Source: Balanoglossus misakiensis (Eukaryota > Animalia > Hemichordata). Taken from it: a stretch of 64,000 bases of DNA. Below, piece by piece: positions 34,501 through 42,798 of the stretch (positions are counted from its first letter, which is position 1; the number at the start of each line of letters is the position of its first letter). A model generated the notes under the pieces. That model was not told the DNA's origin. It saw only the letters and a program-made list of their open reading frames with translations, and made no database searches. The position numbers were made by a program, and so were the translations under genes. Location: contig CM082577.2 of assembly GCA_040954595.2 (NCBI GenBank), positions 15,321,903-15,385,902 of the forward strand. The letters run 5' to 3'.

Positions 34501-35267
34501 TACCGATGTGCACCATAAGCGGTGTACGTGAAATTTTCGGATTTTACTCTGTGTGTGTGTTTGCTGGGGTTAGCGTCTGTTGATTTGGAATGGTAAGATG
34601 TGGTTCCTGGAAAACTCCGCATACAAGAGAAACATACGGCCTTGCGCGTCAACACGCGACATATGGCATTTTTTTTTAAGTCGTACGCCACATACAAATT
34701 TTTTGTAGAGTCTTTTTGCAACAAGAAGCCACCTCCTAGGACCAACATGTAGACGAGCCTATTGAACGTGGATGGTGGCAGGCTGCACGTCGACTTTGAC
34801 CTGACATCTTTGTATATTGTTAACAGACTTTTGTACAATCTAAGCAGTTCGACGCAACATGGCGTGTCGCCTATTTTACTCTCACGAACGGAGCACAATG
34901 TCTCGACGAATGCGTCGGTAAATCCACGTGCTAGAAATCTATTTTGGTCCGCAGCATGGACTATGAAACCATCGTCAAACCCCGTTGAGATTATTCTATT
35001 TAACCTACACACGGGATTGGTGCTTGAAACCAGTTCGTCTTCTATCCTGTTAGTGGGTGTACACACCCTCTTGCCTATCTGGAGGTGACTTTGCCCATCT
35101 TCATCGTCTGAATGTGAACATTCACTCTCATTGGGCCGTTTTCGAGAAATCTCCTCTGGACATTCCATTAAAGGTTCAAATGTTAATGCCCAAATACAAA
35201 ACATAATTGCCCAAATACAAAACATTAGTATTAAGGTTTTATTATTATCAAATCTAGGTGACCACAT
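28527..35267 (-). CDS. Very large coiled-coil protein with Pro/Ser-rich linker (tegument-like; start possibly 35168)
   Basis: 2246-aa ORF with ~1000 aa of heptad-rich sequence and internal repeats. Confidence 0.8.
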   Translation of the reverse strand: MWSPRFDNNKTLILMFCIWAIMFCIWALTFEPLMECPEEISRKRPNESECSHSDDEDGQSHLQIGKRVCTPTNRIEDELVSSTNPVCRLNRIISTGFDDGFIVHAADQNRFLARGFTDAFVETLCSVRESKIGDTPCCVELLRLYKSLLTIYKDVRSKSTCSLPPSTFNRLVYMLVLGGGFLLQKDSTKNLYVAYDLKKNAICRVLTRKAVCFSCMRSFPGTTSYHSKSTDANPSKHTHRVKSENFTYTAYGAHRYLAKNEDSFVVEGIEKVDLDRLENVCSVLLKYERGTMYHFFKYIEQDVKSQMPTFYIILSKHTLQLILSEIPNVWGVLSLYPYLWSHLCANCETILDLASDSHTNRNELLDLINGLFDDHQTKPHFLSTFPECLGTPDSINIPLFEQLRVAMHSAARALNSTFAQYKETSMDINFNQLFRSLARFIRIEKDVHNVLSGTLEQTALRELLADNATDDLPTLFGNNIQGTLKCGHTEGNLVAIVYGALCDTRFTEDRRYKTGRANAGILSDNDQRYVDFSNSQYENVLETDPSPRGFDDRVTDNTLDRYRDEYEYHPENIVNVEPAGEICQASLSELTEQYDDQSSDPIRVVDTDEQMTHTSDTASAISDVNQADSGGYSGLQELIHSEDVSELVQNVPTRVDGNGSDALSRKSTSSSNAQTPGDHPLEKIDNWEQFSSLVDTSTTDGVVFPPVSASTPLQITIPEETRTTLPLDSREDSKVTKHRDLSSLPTSSPASDSLVALPVPKPRTAPSTTAPFDDTITSLLQTVCPQDTSSGLDDLYSSPKQSRSSLVQRPVDTPDTLHPPRHASPKQSRPSLVEIPVDTPDTLHPPRHASPKQSRPSLVEIPVDTPDTLHTPKPQTMSPSLIHYTSNSNASVGEDPIFDIPLVSGTETDTLEDDLKSLTDYYEPIRLPRPRESGSRLSVNGELSEENCRTLRVSEGVNDGQTEQTSQTDAKQKIKSLLARIENLENDIEHLKADNEALITADKRNMQDMKGKLVCAENEAAKLVEEIGRIQAENKTLVLAKQRAVESAKQSLETVEAAKRELVVVENEKDTLSRDIERIQTEQNSLVEAKQREVDSMKQSLYAMEIAKQKLEIAENENGELTKRNVRTQEENRAKQRELDSMKQSLYAMEMAKQKLEIAENENGELTKRIVRTQEENRAKQRELESMRKSLDNIEAIKQKLQDDIERSNDESFNLIRNLERDIVDLNEDRRKLIETNGQLLERTREFERLVSEQNTSLSTRHDKHEETQQKLSDALKEIDALKDQLATATSKMNTIDSDLTDTSQHVKRVSSENAFTKELLHKEQAANEQLNHQIRRLETKLSALVSEKNQLQGDLNAQKVQHDTTRSNLKQDNERLQTELTDTRSVVDSLEHKLEIRENLLEERQSDIRKFETELEDVRLSLQHANETNSKQKEAEEKLQAQVTRLNIDCSKLRTEVFVSNKNAQAKIYQLSVENEQLQSNGRGKQSGSIDGETNRYMGEAKRLKAELHEKVMEYNQMRAEISKRTEQENAIREENDYLNKKIERFVHEKAVSEQNNQRQREKLQELNSQSLSDNKSLREFKEKESKTRREIDTLEMKVRQSVDTRNALKQQLDEANAEVDDLREEIETLKSDNQDMKAKAESTADITYKQIAQLRIERDMYQRDRDQLEDKVVVANEHVDALSKQHRQTETNNRQLRMDLESLRRQFDDTNSRFRNLRQENIQISRELGDKNTEITSTVKSNELQQKENAGLVSENEALRNKLLEQVELVARNNEDNIMQQREFEQKLNEIQLRLDDAIGDLNDWKRKANDLNDENSEFRTKLHSLETSFIQAEQRDSLNTRAFRDESRIGQGQDSDLSDSQSQAGSPEYYIARDRRMQEIASDKRLLENKVKVMEKSHTSQIAELRRHFENEIREQQKIIETRDKSLRELENAKGILGVRAIDSQASRIDPSGSQTSNIEQTVCLEVSSEHDLESLVNSLRKENKAIRQLSAERAAEIDRLKKAHDGCDKHEVTVRDLSRQLRESQDIVRYLQTQRDALKEAHRLRSKGVTIDAPCRDNYVDLAINGRPFVSFVSSAYRRLPSYTDSLFKNIMTDFFDPQPSFSVMLEEARQFMCYRDDNGHRDSELNKFSRVAAMCRGHATTKVATFYPVVIPHDPNTSTPTMFRLILLLGKTRNVKFVDRHDAMIPLCFVSTNEHLIDFTKGSAKYIVVTKSKRNLTTLVPYVKSMLSHNFDQNLNQITVK
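31714..32003. repeat. Intragenic 135-bp (45-aa) coiled-coil repeat, just over 2 copies
   Basis: RAKQRELDSMKQSLYAME.AKQKLEIAENENGELTKR repeated. Confidence 0.9.
32658..32879. repeat. Intragenic 78-bp (26-aa) repeat, about 3 copies
   Basis: SPKQSRPSLVEIPVDTPDTLHPPRHA; tgtaaggtgtcggg at 32659, 32737 and 32815. Confidence 0.95.
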
Positions 35268-36540
35268 TATGTGGACGAGGAGGCGGGCGAAATGGCGAGA
35301 GTTGATGGAAGAGAAATATCGAGTAAGGTGCGCGCGTCTGACTAGCCGAATCGGTATTACCTCCAGAACTGCTACGCACTATAACTTTCCCGCGGTAACT
35401 CGTCGCACTTCGAGATTAACACCCGTTCAAGATGCATATGTACAGACCAGGGATGTAGAAGTGACGCCGGCCTTACCTCCCCTGGGAACAGATGTTGGCG
35501 TATCAGCAGGGCACACCATTACGGACGGTTTGATACGAGACTCCACCCCACAAACCCATACACAATCGGACAGGCGATTACAACAAGCATCACCTGTTTC
35601 TACCACTAGGGTGCAAGACAGGTGTTCGCACTTGACCAGTACACCAACTTCAGAAACTAATTCGATTACGATACCGGAGAGAAATGATGGGATACATGTC
35701 GTTTATTCACAATTTGCCAATGCACAGGTACCCGACCAGGCCGAGAGAATTAACAAAACTGCGCTTGGTGTTATGGATAGTACAATACACACCCCAAATC
35801 AACAATCAGTCAGAACATGGACGAGGCGTCCGCCAACAAACCAGACAGATCGTTCCATTGCATCGTCAACGTCACCAGTAGACAATCATACAATAAATGA
35901 AGGGAGTCTCCCGCGGACGCCACCCAGACATAAGAATTCGGGTAAATCAAAACAAAAGACCAAAATCGGAATTGTTGGTAAAAAAAGAAATAATAAGAAA
36001 ATAATATATGATAATCACGGCAACCAATATTTGCTATTGCAAGTCAGTGGGGTTGCCGACGCCTGTTTTTATCGATGCTGCGTTATTGCATCTGATACAA
36101 CACTCCTACAAAAGTACCTATCCGGTCATATCCAACCTCATCATTTAGAAGATACGGTGGAGACTGGTGTGCCGAACCTAAGAATAAAAATGGCCAATCA
36201 CATGGACGGTTGGCCCAGCGATCGAATTTTGCCAGAATTCGGAGTCGACATTTTGCGAGAGGGCGGGTTTCGTTCACTCGCTGACAGGTCCGAAAGTCTC
36301 AGAGGGACGTATCCACACTGCGCTTCTACCATCGAGATCATGTGCGCCAGTGAAGTGTTAAATAGACCTATTCGGTTGTTCCAGAAGTCACTTAACGATG
36401 AAGATGCTGTGGTTGAATGTCTGAATACCAGCAGCCGCCTTCCTATTGAGAGTGGTTGTGCCACTCCAATAAATATCCTGTACCGTTACTTTGGACCTGA
36501 TGATCCAGGCAATCATTTCGACTTACTAATCAAGCAATAA
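35131..36540 (+). CDS. OTU-like deubiquitinase (C-terminal domain) with disordered N-terminus (likely start 35269)
   Basis: DACFYRC (catalytic Cys), STIEIMCASEVLNRPIRL, ILY..GNHFDLL (catalytic His). Confidence 0.8.
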   Translation: MGRFREISSGHSIKGSNVNAQIQNIIAQIQNISIKVLLLSNLGDHIMWTRRRAKWRELMEEKYRVRCARLTSRIGITSRTATHYNFPAVTRRTSRLTPVQDAYVQTRDVEVTPALPPLGTDVGVSAGHTITDGLIRDSTPQTHTQSDRRLQQASPVSTTRVQDRCSHLTSTPTSETNSITIPERNDGIHVVYSQFANAQVPDQAERINKTALGVMDSTIHTPNQQSVRTWTRRPPTNQTDRSIASSTSPVDNHTINEGSLPRTPPRHKNSGKSKQKTKIGIVGKKRNNKKIIYDNHGNQYLLLQVSGVADACFYRCCVIASDTTLLQKYLSGHIQPHHLEDTVETGVPNLRIKMANHMDGWPSDRILPEFGVDILREGGFRSLADRSESLRGTYPHCASTIEIMCASEVLNRPIRLFQKSLNDEDAVVECLNTSSRLPIESGCATPINILYRYFGPDDPGNHFDLLIKQ

Positions 36541-36864
36541 ACCACTTAATACAGTGTTGTAATTTTATTATATTTTCATGAGGTATTGATGTATATGGGA
36601 TTTTATAATTTAATGCACAAGCAGATCCAATAAAGAATTACAGCATAGTTCTAACGCTTGTTGTGTATATTGGATTTATACACCTCACCGACTTCATCAT
36701 ATCAACACAACTGTGTTGTAATAAGAACTACACACATATTATAAATCATGACACATATAACTCCATTTTATGTGCGTGTGTATGTCCAACGCAGCGAGCC
36801 ATCGTTTTGAGAAGTACACTTTATTTGTAAACTCAATTCATTGAAACCACAGACATTCCAATAA

Positions 36865-37708
36865 CTACAGTGCTGAAGTACAATATGCCCAAAAACTATT
36901 GAACATGCCTGAGATGTCACTATTGAAGCATGCCTGGGTATGATATGAGACATCATTGAGCTCTTGGACCAAACTCTCCATCATCTCACTCAGGTCCGCG
37001 GAAACATACTCCAAATGTTGACGTATGTCCATTTCCGAGCTATGATAATCACTGCGCACGGGTACGCAATAATTGCGCCTGAGACCATCTAATAACGCAA
37101 TAACTGCGAAACACATCTTTTCACGGTGTGTGCTCTGGATCGCGTGCTTCCTGTGATGATCATTGACAACTCTGTACATTTCGATTAAGAGTGGGCGGAA
37201 CAGGGACTTGTACACCTCTTCCATCTCTCCAGTATCCATATACATGGCACAATAATCATCTATTTGTTCTAAAACACCTTGGTTGATAGCACTCTGTTGA
37301 ATTGCGTCTAGTTGCTCTAAGTCTGGAAGGTTGCAATCTCGCAAAAGTCTGTCCCATGGTACAAAACTTGACGTACAACCATTGACATCCACGCGCCATA
37401 TGTCGCCAACTGCAACGAGAGCAAGCGATATACAGTGAAACCGACCACAGGTGACAAAATATCACGAACGAGATGAGTTTGTGTCAGCGAGAACATGCAT
37501 TCAACTACTTACGAAATTGGTAGATTTTTCCATCTGATGCACAGATGCGCGACTTTTCTAGTAAATCGTCCAGTGATATACATTCAGCTGTATATACTGT
37601 CTTCACACGCATATGTAGCTCCCCTATTCGGGCAAGGGCATCAGTCGTTGTGATGTTATCGCTCTGAGTGTACCCGTATTCGCAGACGCCATTCGAGTCG
37701 AAGTCCAT
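36865..37708 (-). CDS. Two-exon hypothetical protein (exons 37708-37513 and 37409-36865, ~246 aa)
   Basis: Donor C|GTAAGT and acceptor ttgcag|TT join the two track ORFs in frame (..IYQF-L-GDIWRVDV..); 103-nt intron. Confidence 0.7.
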
Positions 37709-37966
37709 CAGCGTTTCATCTCCATTAGTTTGCCAACTGAAAGCGAGCTTGTATCTCCTTGCTATTCAGTGTCTGTCCTGGTGAATACTGCGATGACCAC
37801 TTGCATTAGTCGTACTGACATAATCTATTTATAAGAACCACATCGCATGCATATAAAACATATCACATAGCGCCAAATACTATGCTGTCAGTGTTAGTCG
37901 AGTGGACCTCGGATTTAATTGACGTGTCATCTGTGATATCACTATTTCGGGGAGTGAACATTAATT

Positions 37967-39394
37967 GTGTCACCGTCTTGTAATCTTGGATGTCACCGTT
38001 TCACTTGGTGTATAATTACCTTGTGTCAGTTTATTGTAAATAAGATGAACTGTCGTAATTCAGGAATCGATGTCCAAGGGCTGATAACTACAGCACCGGC
38101 GTTAGTATCCACAATGCTTGACAAACGTATCTCTTTGGAGTACACTACCAGCAATGGCTCAAGTAACGTTATTATTGTCGATGAAGCCAGACTGGAAAAA
38201 ATGTCACCCCCTTTGTTCGCTCAAACTTCATGGCCCCACGGACACTCGTGTAAAAAGGCCAAAGTCACCACTGCAATTGCCCCAGATGGAGAGAGAGTAC
38301 GATCGCTTATGTTGGCACCTAGTACTTACATAAGCCAAGATTATGTCGATCACTTTGGACATTTAATGGACTTCATCTCTGAATCAAAGGTTGGCCTGCG
38401 CTTATCCGACATACATTGGGGTTGCATTCAACTCGCTGACTTTCTGCAGGTCACGTATTATTTAGAACATGTCCTAAAAACTATGGATCGCTTGTTGTTT
38501 GTATCACCGGGCGAAAAAACAAATTCATTTTATGGAGCCCTTGGAGACATATTAGTGGCTATCGAAAGATTATCACTGAATGATATTCCCTATTTTGTCG
38601 AACTGCGAGATTCGGTGGGTGATGAGCTGTTTGCCGGATGTCGTTGGCGACGCATGTGCTCGTGCAATAGCCTGTTGGAGAACACGGGGTTCAACGGGCT
38701 CCCCTTTCAGCTTCACGTACACACTCCCTTTAATGAAGAAACATTTTGGCGTCGCCTTGAAAACTGTAGAGCTATACGGGCAATTGACCATCAGTCTTCA
38801 GACTCTCTTGACACGAGGTTGACGCCTGCGTTGCGTTTTCTCTCGTCGCACAACGACCGTAGATTGGCATTTGACATGCTCGTCCACTTTGTCTTAGCTA
38901 AACAGGCCTCCATGGACGATTATGCGACACTATGTGAAATCATGTGTAATTTGTGCGCAAAGGAGAGGCGAAAGGATGTCGCATTACGCAGACTTCGTAT
39001 CATCGAGCGCATGTTTAACTACAAATTTCGATTTTACCAGAAAGAGACAGCAGCCGTGGTCGACGTTATTTCTACTATGCTCACTGAAGTGTCACGTGCA
39101 TACGACGCACGAACGGGCGATACTCAAACAAAGTGCCACAACTGCGCTACCTCTTTCGATAAGGCTGTCGTCACCCCTTCCAAGTGTAAAGTCTGTGACA
39201 CAATGACATGCGAACTATGTAAAGACCGATGTATGTTGTGTAAGCAAGAAACTTGTCTCCCTTGTGGCAAGTTTGTTGCCTTCAAGACGGAGAGAGGGGA
39301 TGCATTCTATTCCGAGTATAACGTGTCACCCGCATTCCGTAGTAGTTATCCAGCGTTCTGCATTGACTGCGCCTTGAACAAATATGAACAATGA
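37967..39394 (+). CDS. Degenerate BTB-like plus multi-CxxC zinc domain protein (likely start 38045)
   Basis: IQLADFLQV; CHNC..CKVC..CELC..CMLC..CLPC..CIDC; same layout as 23020-24366. Confidence 0.6.
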   Translation: MSPSCNLGCHRFTWCIITLCQFIVNKMNCRNSGIDVQGLITTAPALVSTMLDKRISLEYTTSNGSSNVIIVDEARLEKMSPPLFAQTSWPHGHSCKKAKVTTAIAPDGERVRSLMLAPSTYISQDYVDHFGHLMDFISESKVGLRLSDIHWGCIQLADFLQVTYYLEHVLKTMDRLLFVSPGEKTNSFYGALGDILVAIERLSLNDIPYFVELRDSVGDELFAGCRWRRMCSCNSLLENTGFNGLPFQLHVHTPFNEETFWRRLENCRAIRAIDHQSSDSLDTRLTPALRFLSSHNDRRLAFDMLVHFVLAKQASMDDYATLCEIMCNLCAKERRKDVALRRLRIIERMFNYKFRFYQKETAAVVDVISTMLTEVSRAYDARTGDTQTKCHNCATSFDKAVVTPSKCKVCDTMTCELCKDRCMLCKQETCLPCGKFVAFKTERGDAFYSEYNVSPAFRSSYPAFCIDCALNKYEQ

Positions 39395-39529
39395 AAAGAT
39401 GACACATGTATCGAGGGTAAACCCACAGACTGGAATGTCTCACCTGCGTCCCATACGCATTTTTGTCGTATGTTTTGTAAGAAGACAGACAGTGTATATT
39501 TTGTACTTGACGTTTATTTATCACCTTTT

Positions 39530-39955
39530 GTTACATTAAAAAATAACATAATTGTATCGGCAGTATTAACGTCGTCTTGTTTTTTATTGTATGCGGGGGG
39601 GGTGGTACAACCAAACCACACAGTTTAAAATCCATATCAATTGTAAGACAACCAGTGTAAATTTTGTACGCTACATTCATTGATCAATATTTGTTGAACA
39701 ACAAAAAATAACATAATTGTATTGTCTGTCTTATAGTCGCTTTGTTTTCTATTGTATGTGAAGGGGGGGGGGGTACAACCAGACCACACAGTTTAAAATC
39801 CATATCAAGTGTAAGACAACCAGTGTAAATTTTGTACGCTACATTCATTGATCAATATTTGTTGCATTAAAAAAAGATAACATAATTGTATTGGCTGTCT
39901 TAACGTCGTTTTTTTCTGTATTTTACGCGAAGGGGGGGGGGGAGGCACAGCCAAA
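39530..39955. repeat. Intergenic ~165-170 bp tandem repeat, about 2.5 copies, each with a T-tract then a G-run
   Basis: ataacataattgtat at 39543, 39708 and 39877. Confidence 0.9.
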
Positions 39956-39963
39956 CTCTATAG

Positions 39964-40983
39964 TTAAAACTCAATATCAGTAGTAAACTTATGATCTTCT
40001 TTGTTTCCAGAGCCAAACTTTCGATATTCGCTGACTCTTCTTTCGAAAAAGTTTGTTTTTCCATCAAGAGCGATGTTTTCCATAAAGGGAAAGGGATTGT
40101 CTACTTTATACAGTTTATCCACGCCCAATTCTCCAAGTAATCTGTCCGCCACAAATTCCACGTATTGTTTCATTTTGTTGGCATTCATCCCGAGCAAGGG
40201 TTCTGGAAGGCTTTCGTCGACAAATACCTTCTCGATCTCAGTACCTTCTTTTACAATGTCAATAACTGTGTCCTCGGGGGGTTTGTCTCGAAGAGGTAAT
40301 TTATGGTACATGAGACAAGCAAAATCGCAATGTAATCCCTCGTCACGACTGATTAACTCATTAGAATGACACAGACCGGGTAGAAACCCCTTTTGCTTTA
40401 ACCAAAATATACCGGCGAAAGCCGAAGAAAATAGAACCCCTTCGACCACGGCAAACGCCACCAGTCTAGTAGCGAAAGTAGACGCCTCGTCTTCAATCCA
40501 CTTTGAGATCCATTTTGCCTTTAGATTAATACTCGGTACGGTTAATACAGCATTAAAGAGTCTTTGTTGCTCTTGGCTGTTCTCGGCGTAAGTCTCTATT
40601 AAGAGTTTGTACATCTCCGAATGAATGTTTTCCATTGCTGTTTGAAAGTCGTAGAAATATTGGGCTTCCAATATGGTCACTTCACGAGAGAATCTATTGA
40701 CTAAATTCTCGGAGACTATCATATCGCTACTCGCAAAAAAGGCTAAGATCATTTTCACGTACATTTGCTGTGTCTCTGTCATGAGTTTCCACGTCATCAA
40801 ATCTTTACTAGTATCTACTTCACCTGGGACCCAGTAGGAAGACTTAGCCTTCTCATACATGTCCCACAGGTCATGGTGTTCAATATCTCTGACACAAAAC
40901 CGACGGAGGTCTATGGTTTTATTCGTTCCCTTAGATACAGCTATTTTTGACTGTACCTCACGGAGGATATTTGTCGCGTCCAT
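39964..40983 (-). CDS. RRM2: Ribonucleotide reductase small subunit, intronless
   Basis: FFASSD.IVSENL, ENIHSEMY, VEGVLFS, SRDEGLH, KTNFFERRVSEY. Confidence 0.97.
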   Translation of the reverse strand: MDATNILREVQSKIAVSKGTNKTIDLRRFCVRDIEHHDLWDMYEKAKSSYWVPGEVDTSKDLMTWKLMTETQQMYVKMILAFFASSDMIVSENLVNRFSREVTILEAQYFYDFQTAMENIHSEMYKLLIETYAENSQEQQRLFNAVLTVPSINLKAKWISKWIEDEASTFATRLVAFAVVEGVLFSSAFAGIFWLKQKGFLPGLCHSNELISRDEGLHCDFACLMYHKLPLRDKPPEDTVIDIVKEGTEIEKVFVDESLPEPLLGMNANKMKQYVEFVADRLLGELGVDKLYKVDNPFPFMENIALDGKTNFFERRVSEYRKFGSGNKEDHKFTTDIEF

Positions 40984-41216
40984 GTAATCGGTTCACAAAA
41001 AGACATATGATAAACTGGCCGTTATCTTCAATTATTTATACGTTCATGAAAACAGAATCACAACAAACATAATTCACATGTGTTGCGTATGTATAGTAAT
41101 GTCGTAAATGAAGTGACCGTTTGATATTTTCTTCAGGGACGCGGTTGAGAACCAATGTACATGGTTTGTGCCCAGACGCAATTGGTTAGTACACCACCCT
41201 TTTATTCAATCACTTA

Positions 41217-42022
41217 GGCTGCATTCACAAACACCTCTGGAGGGGGGGGGCGGGAGAATTCAATTTTTTTTACCGCTAATTTTCACATGCCCCCCTTCCG
41301 AACTGCCAATATTTTCAAACCCCCCCCCCCTTCCGAACTGCCAAAGTTTTGAAATCCCCCCATTGTCTTTCACAGAGCAAAACACATCACCTATCTATCT
41401 TGTAAAAAGAAAAACAGCGCTCCCATGAAAAGAATTTGAAACTGATGTTTCCCCTCATCAGTGGGTATTAAAACTGAACATTGTTTTTATTTGTTAAGTA
41501 CATATATTTGTATTCTGTGTTGGGAGAATTTGTAAACCGAGAATTGAAGGGGGTGGGTTTGGGAGGGGGTGTCCCCCTCCCACGTAAGAAAATTTTCTAA
41601 AATACAGAGCTCAAAGCTGCATTTTAAGGAACCCGGCAAAAGCAAATTAACTCAACTACCGGTTTGTTGGGGAGGACAAATTTAACCGTCGCCGAGCAAA
41701 GTTATCATGGGGTGGGGGCAAGTCCCCTGACCTGGGTCACTAGATAAACCAGTCAATGATTGAAAGGTGTTGATGAATTGAGGGGGTGGGTGTGGCAGGA
41801 GGTTTCCCCCTCCCACATTAGAAAATTTTGTAAAATAAAGGGCGCGAAACTGCATTTTTGTGGACTCAAAATAAATATTTAGTCGTCAAAGTTTTCAAGT
41901 CCCCCCCCCCTTTCAGTCCCTAAATTATTTCAAACCCCCCCCCTCACATACCCTCAATTTTTTCAAACCCCCCCCCCCTTAATTCTCCTGCCCCCCCTCC
42001 AGAGGTGTTTGTGAATGCAGTC
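41217..42022. mobile_element. PIF/Harbinger-type MITE, ~806 bp
   Basis: ~45-bp terminal inverted repeats g(g/a)ctgcattcacaaacacctctggaggggg..gagaatt; TTA duplicated at 41214-16 and 42023-25; no coding capacity; G/C homopolymer runs. Confidence 0.85.
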
Positions 42023-42222
42023 TTAGAAGGGGTTCATTACATCAATTTGTGACAAAGAAGAGAAGATACACAGTTCACATCGTGCGTTTCATGATGTTTA
42101 TTACTTTCCGTACTCGGACCTTGTAGAACCAGCAACCGGATACGACACCACCGTCGGCTTGTGGGAGTTCTACCAATTATAATATATAAGTATAAGAACA
42201 ACAGATAAACGCCTTATCGATA

Positions 42223-42792
42223 TTGAGGCTTTTACATCCGCGGAAGACGATGTCTGCGTGCAAACAGCTAACGGGCAACATACACGATCGACGTCCGGAA
42301 CTATCCAGTCTGTTGCTGCAAGTATTGAAAGGTGCTGACAGGGATCATTTGAGTGACATGAATAGCGGTAAACATGTAAAGCTCTATCGCAGACTGGTCT
42401 CCATACAACCGAACCATCACGAGGTGTCTCACGGTGTATATGTCCTACTCAGTTTAGCATTGAGGCGTGACATGCACCATGAACTAGAATTGATAAGTTA
42501 CATATGCTCGGAATGGTTACGGTTGTATAAGGTAAAGGTATCAGCCAACACCCTTCACAACATGTACCATCGTGTTATTGAAACCGTTGCCAAGAGTAAT
42601 TTGGCGGATGCGACGTTGTGTACCAGTGTAAGACCCACAGAATCGTGCGACGGTGAAGCTGTGGCATATTTTATACTTCGGTCATTGTACGCACTTGTGG
42701 AAGTACCAGCAGGTATGATGCTTGACTCGCTCAAAACTGGTAAGGAGCAACTGTGGCATCGCAAGGCGTGTACGATATGTAGTCAATTGTAG
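42223..42792 (+). CDS. Hypothetical protein
   Basis: 189-codon ORF with TATA-like sequence at ~42180. Confidence 0.6.
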   Translation: MRLLHPRKTMSACKQLTGNIHDRRPELSSLLLQVLKGADRDHLSDMNSGKHVKLYRRLVSIQPNHHEVSHGVYVLLSLALRRDMHHELELISYICSEWLRLYKVKVSANTLHNMYHRVIETVAKSNLADATLCTSVRPTESCDGEAVAYFILRSLYALVEVPAGMMLDSLKTGKEQLWHRKACTICSQL

Positions 42793-42798
42793 GTCTTT

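Noticed and set aside
28527-35267. SMC or myosin assignment
   Set aside because: No Walker A/B or motor domain seen; generic coiled coil only.
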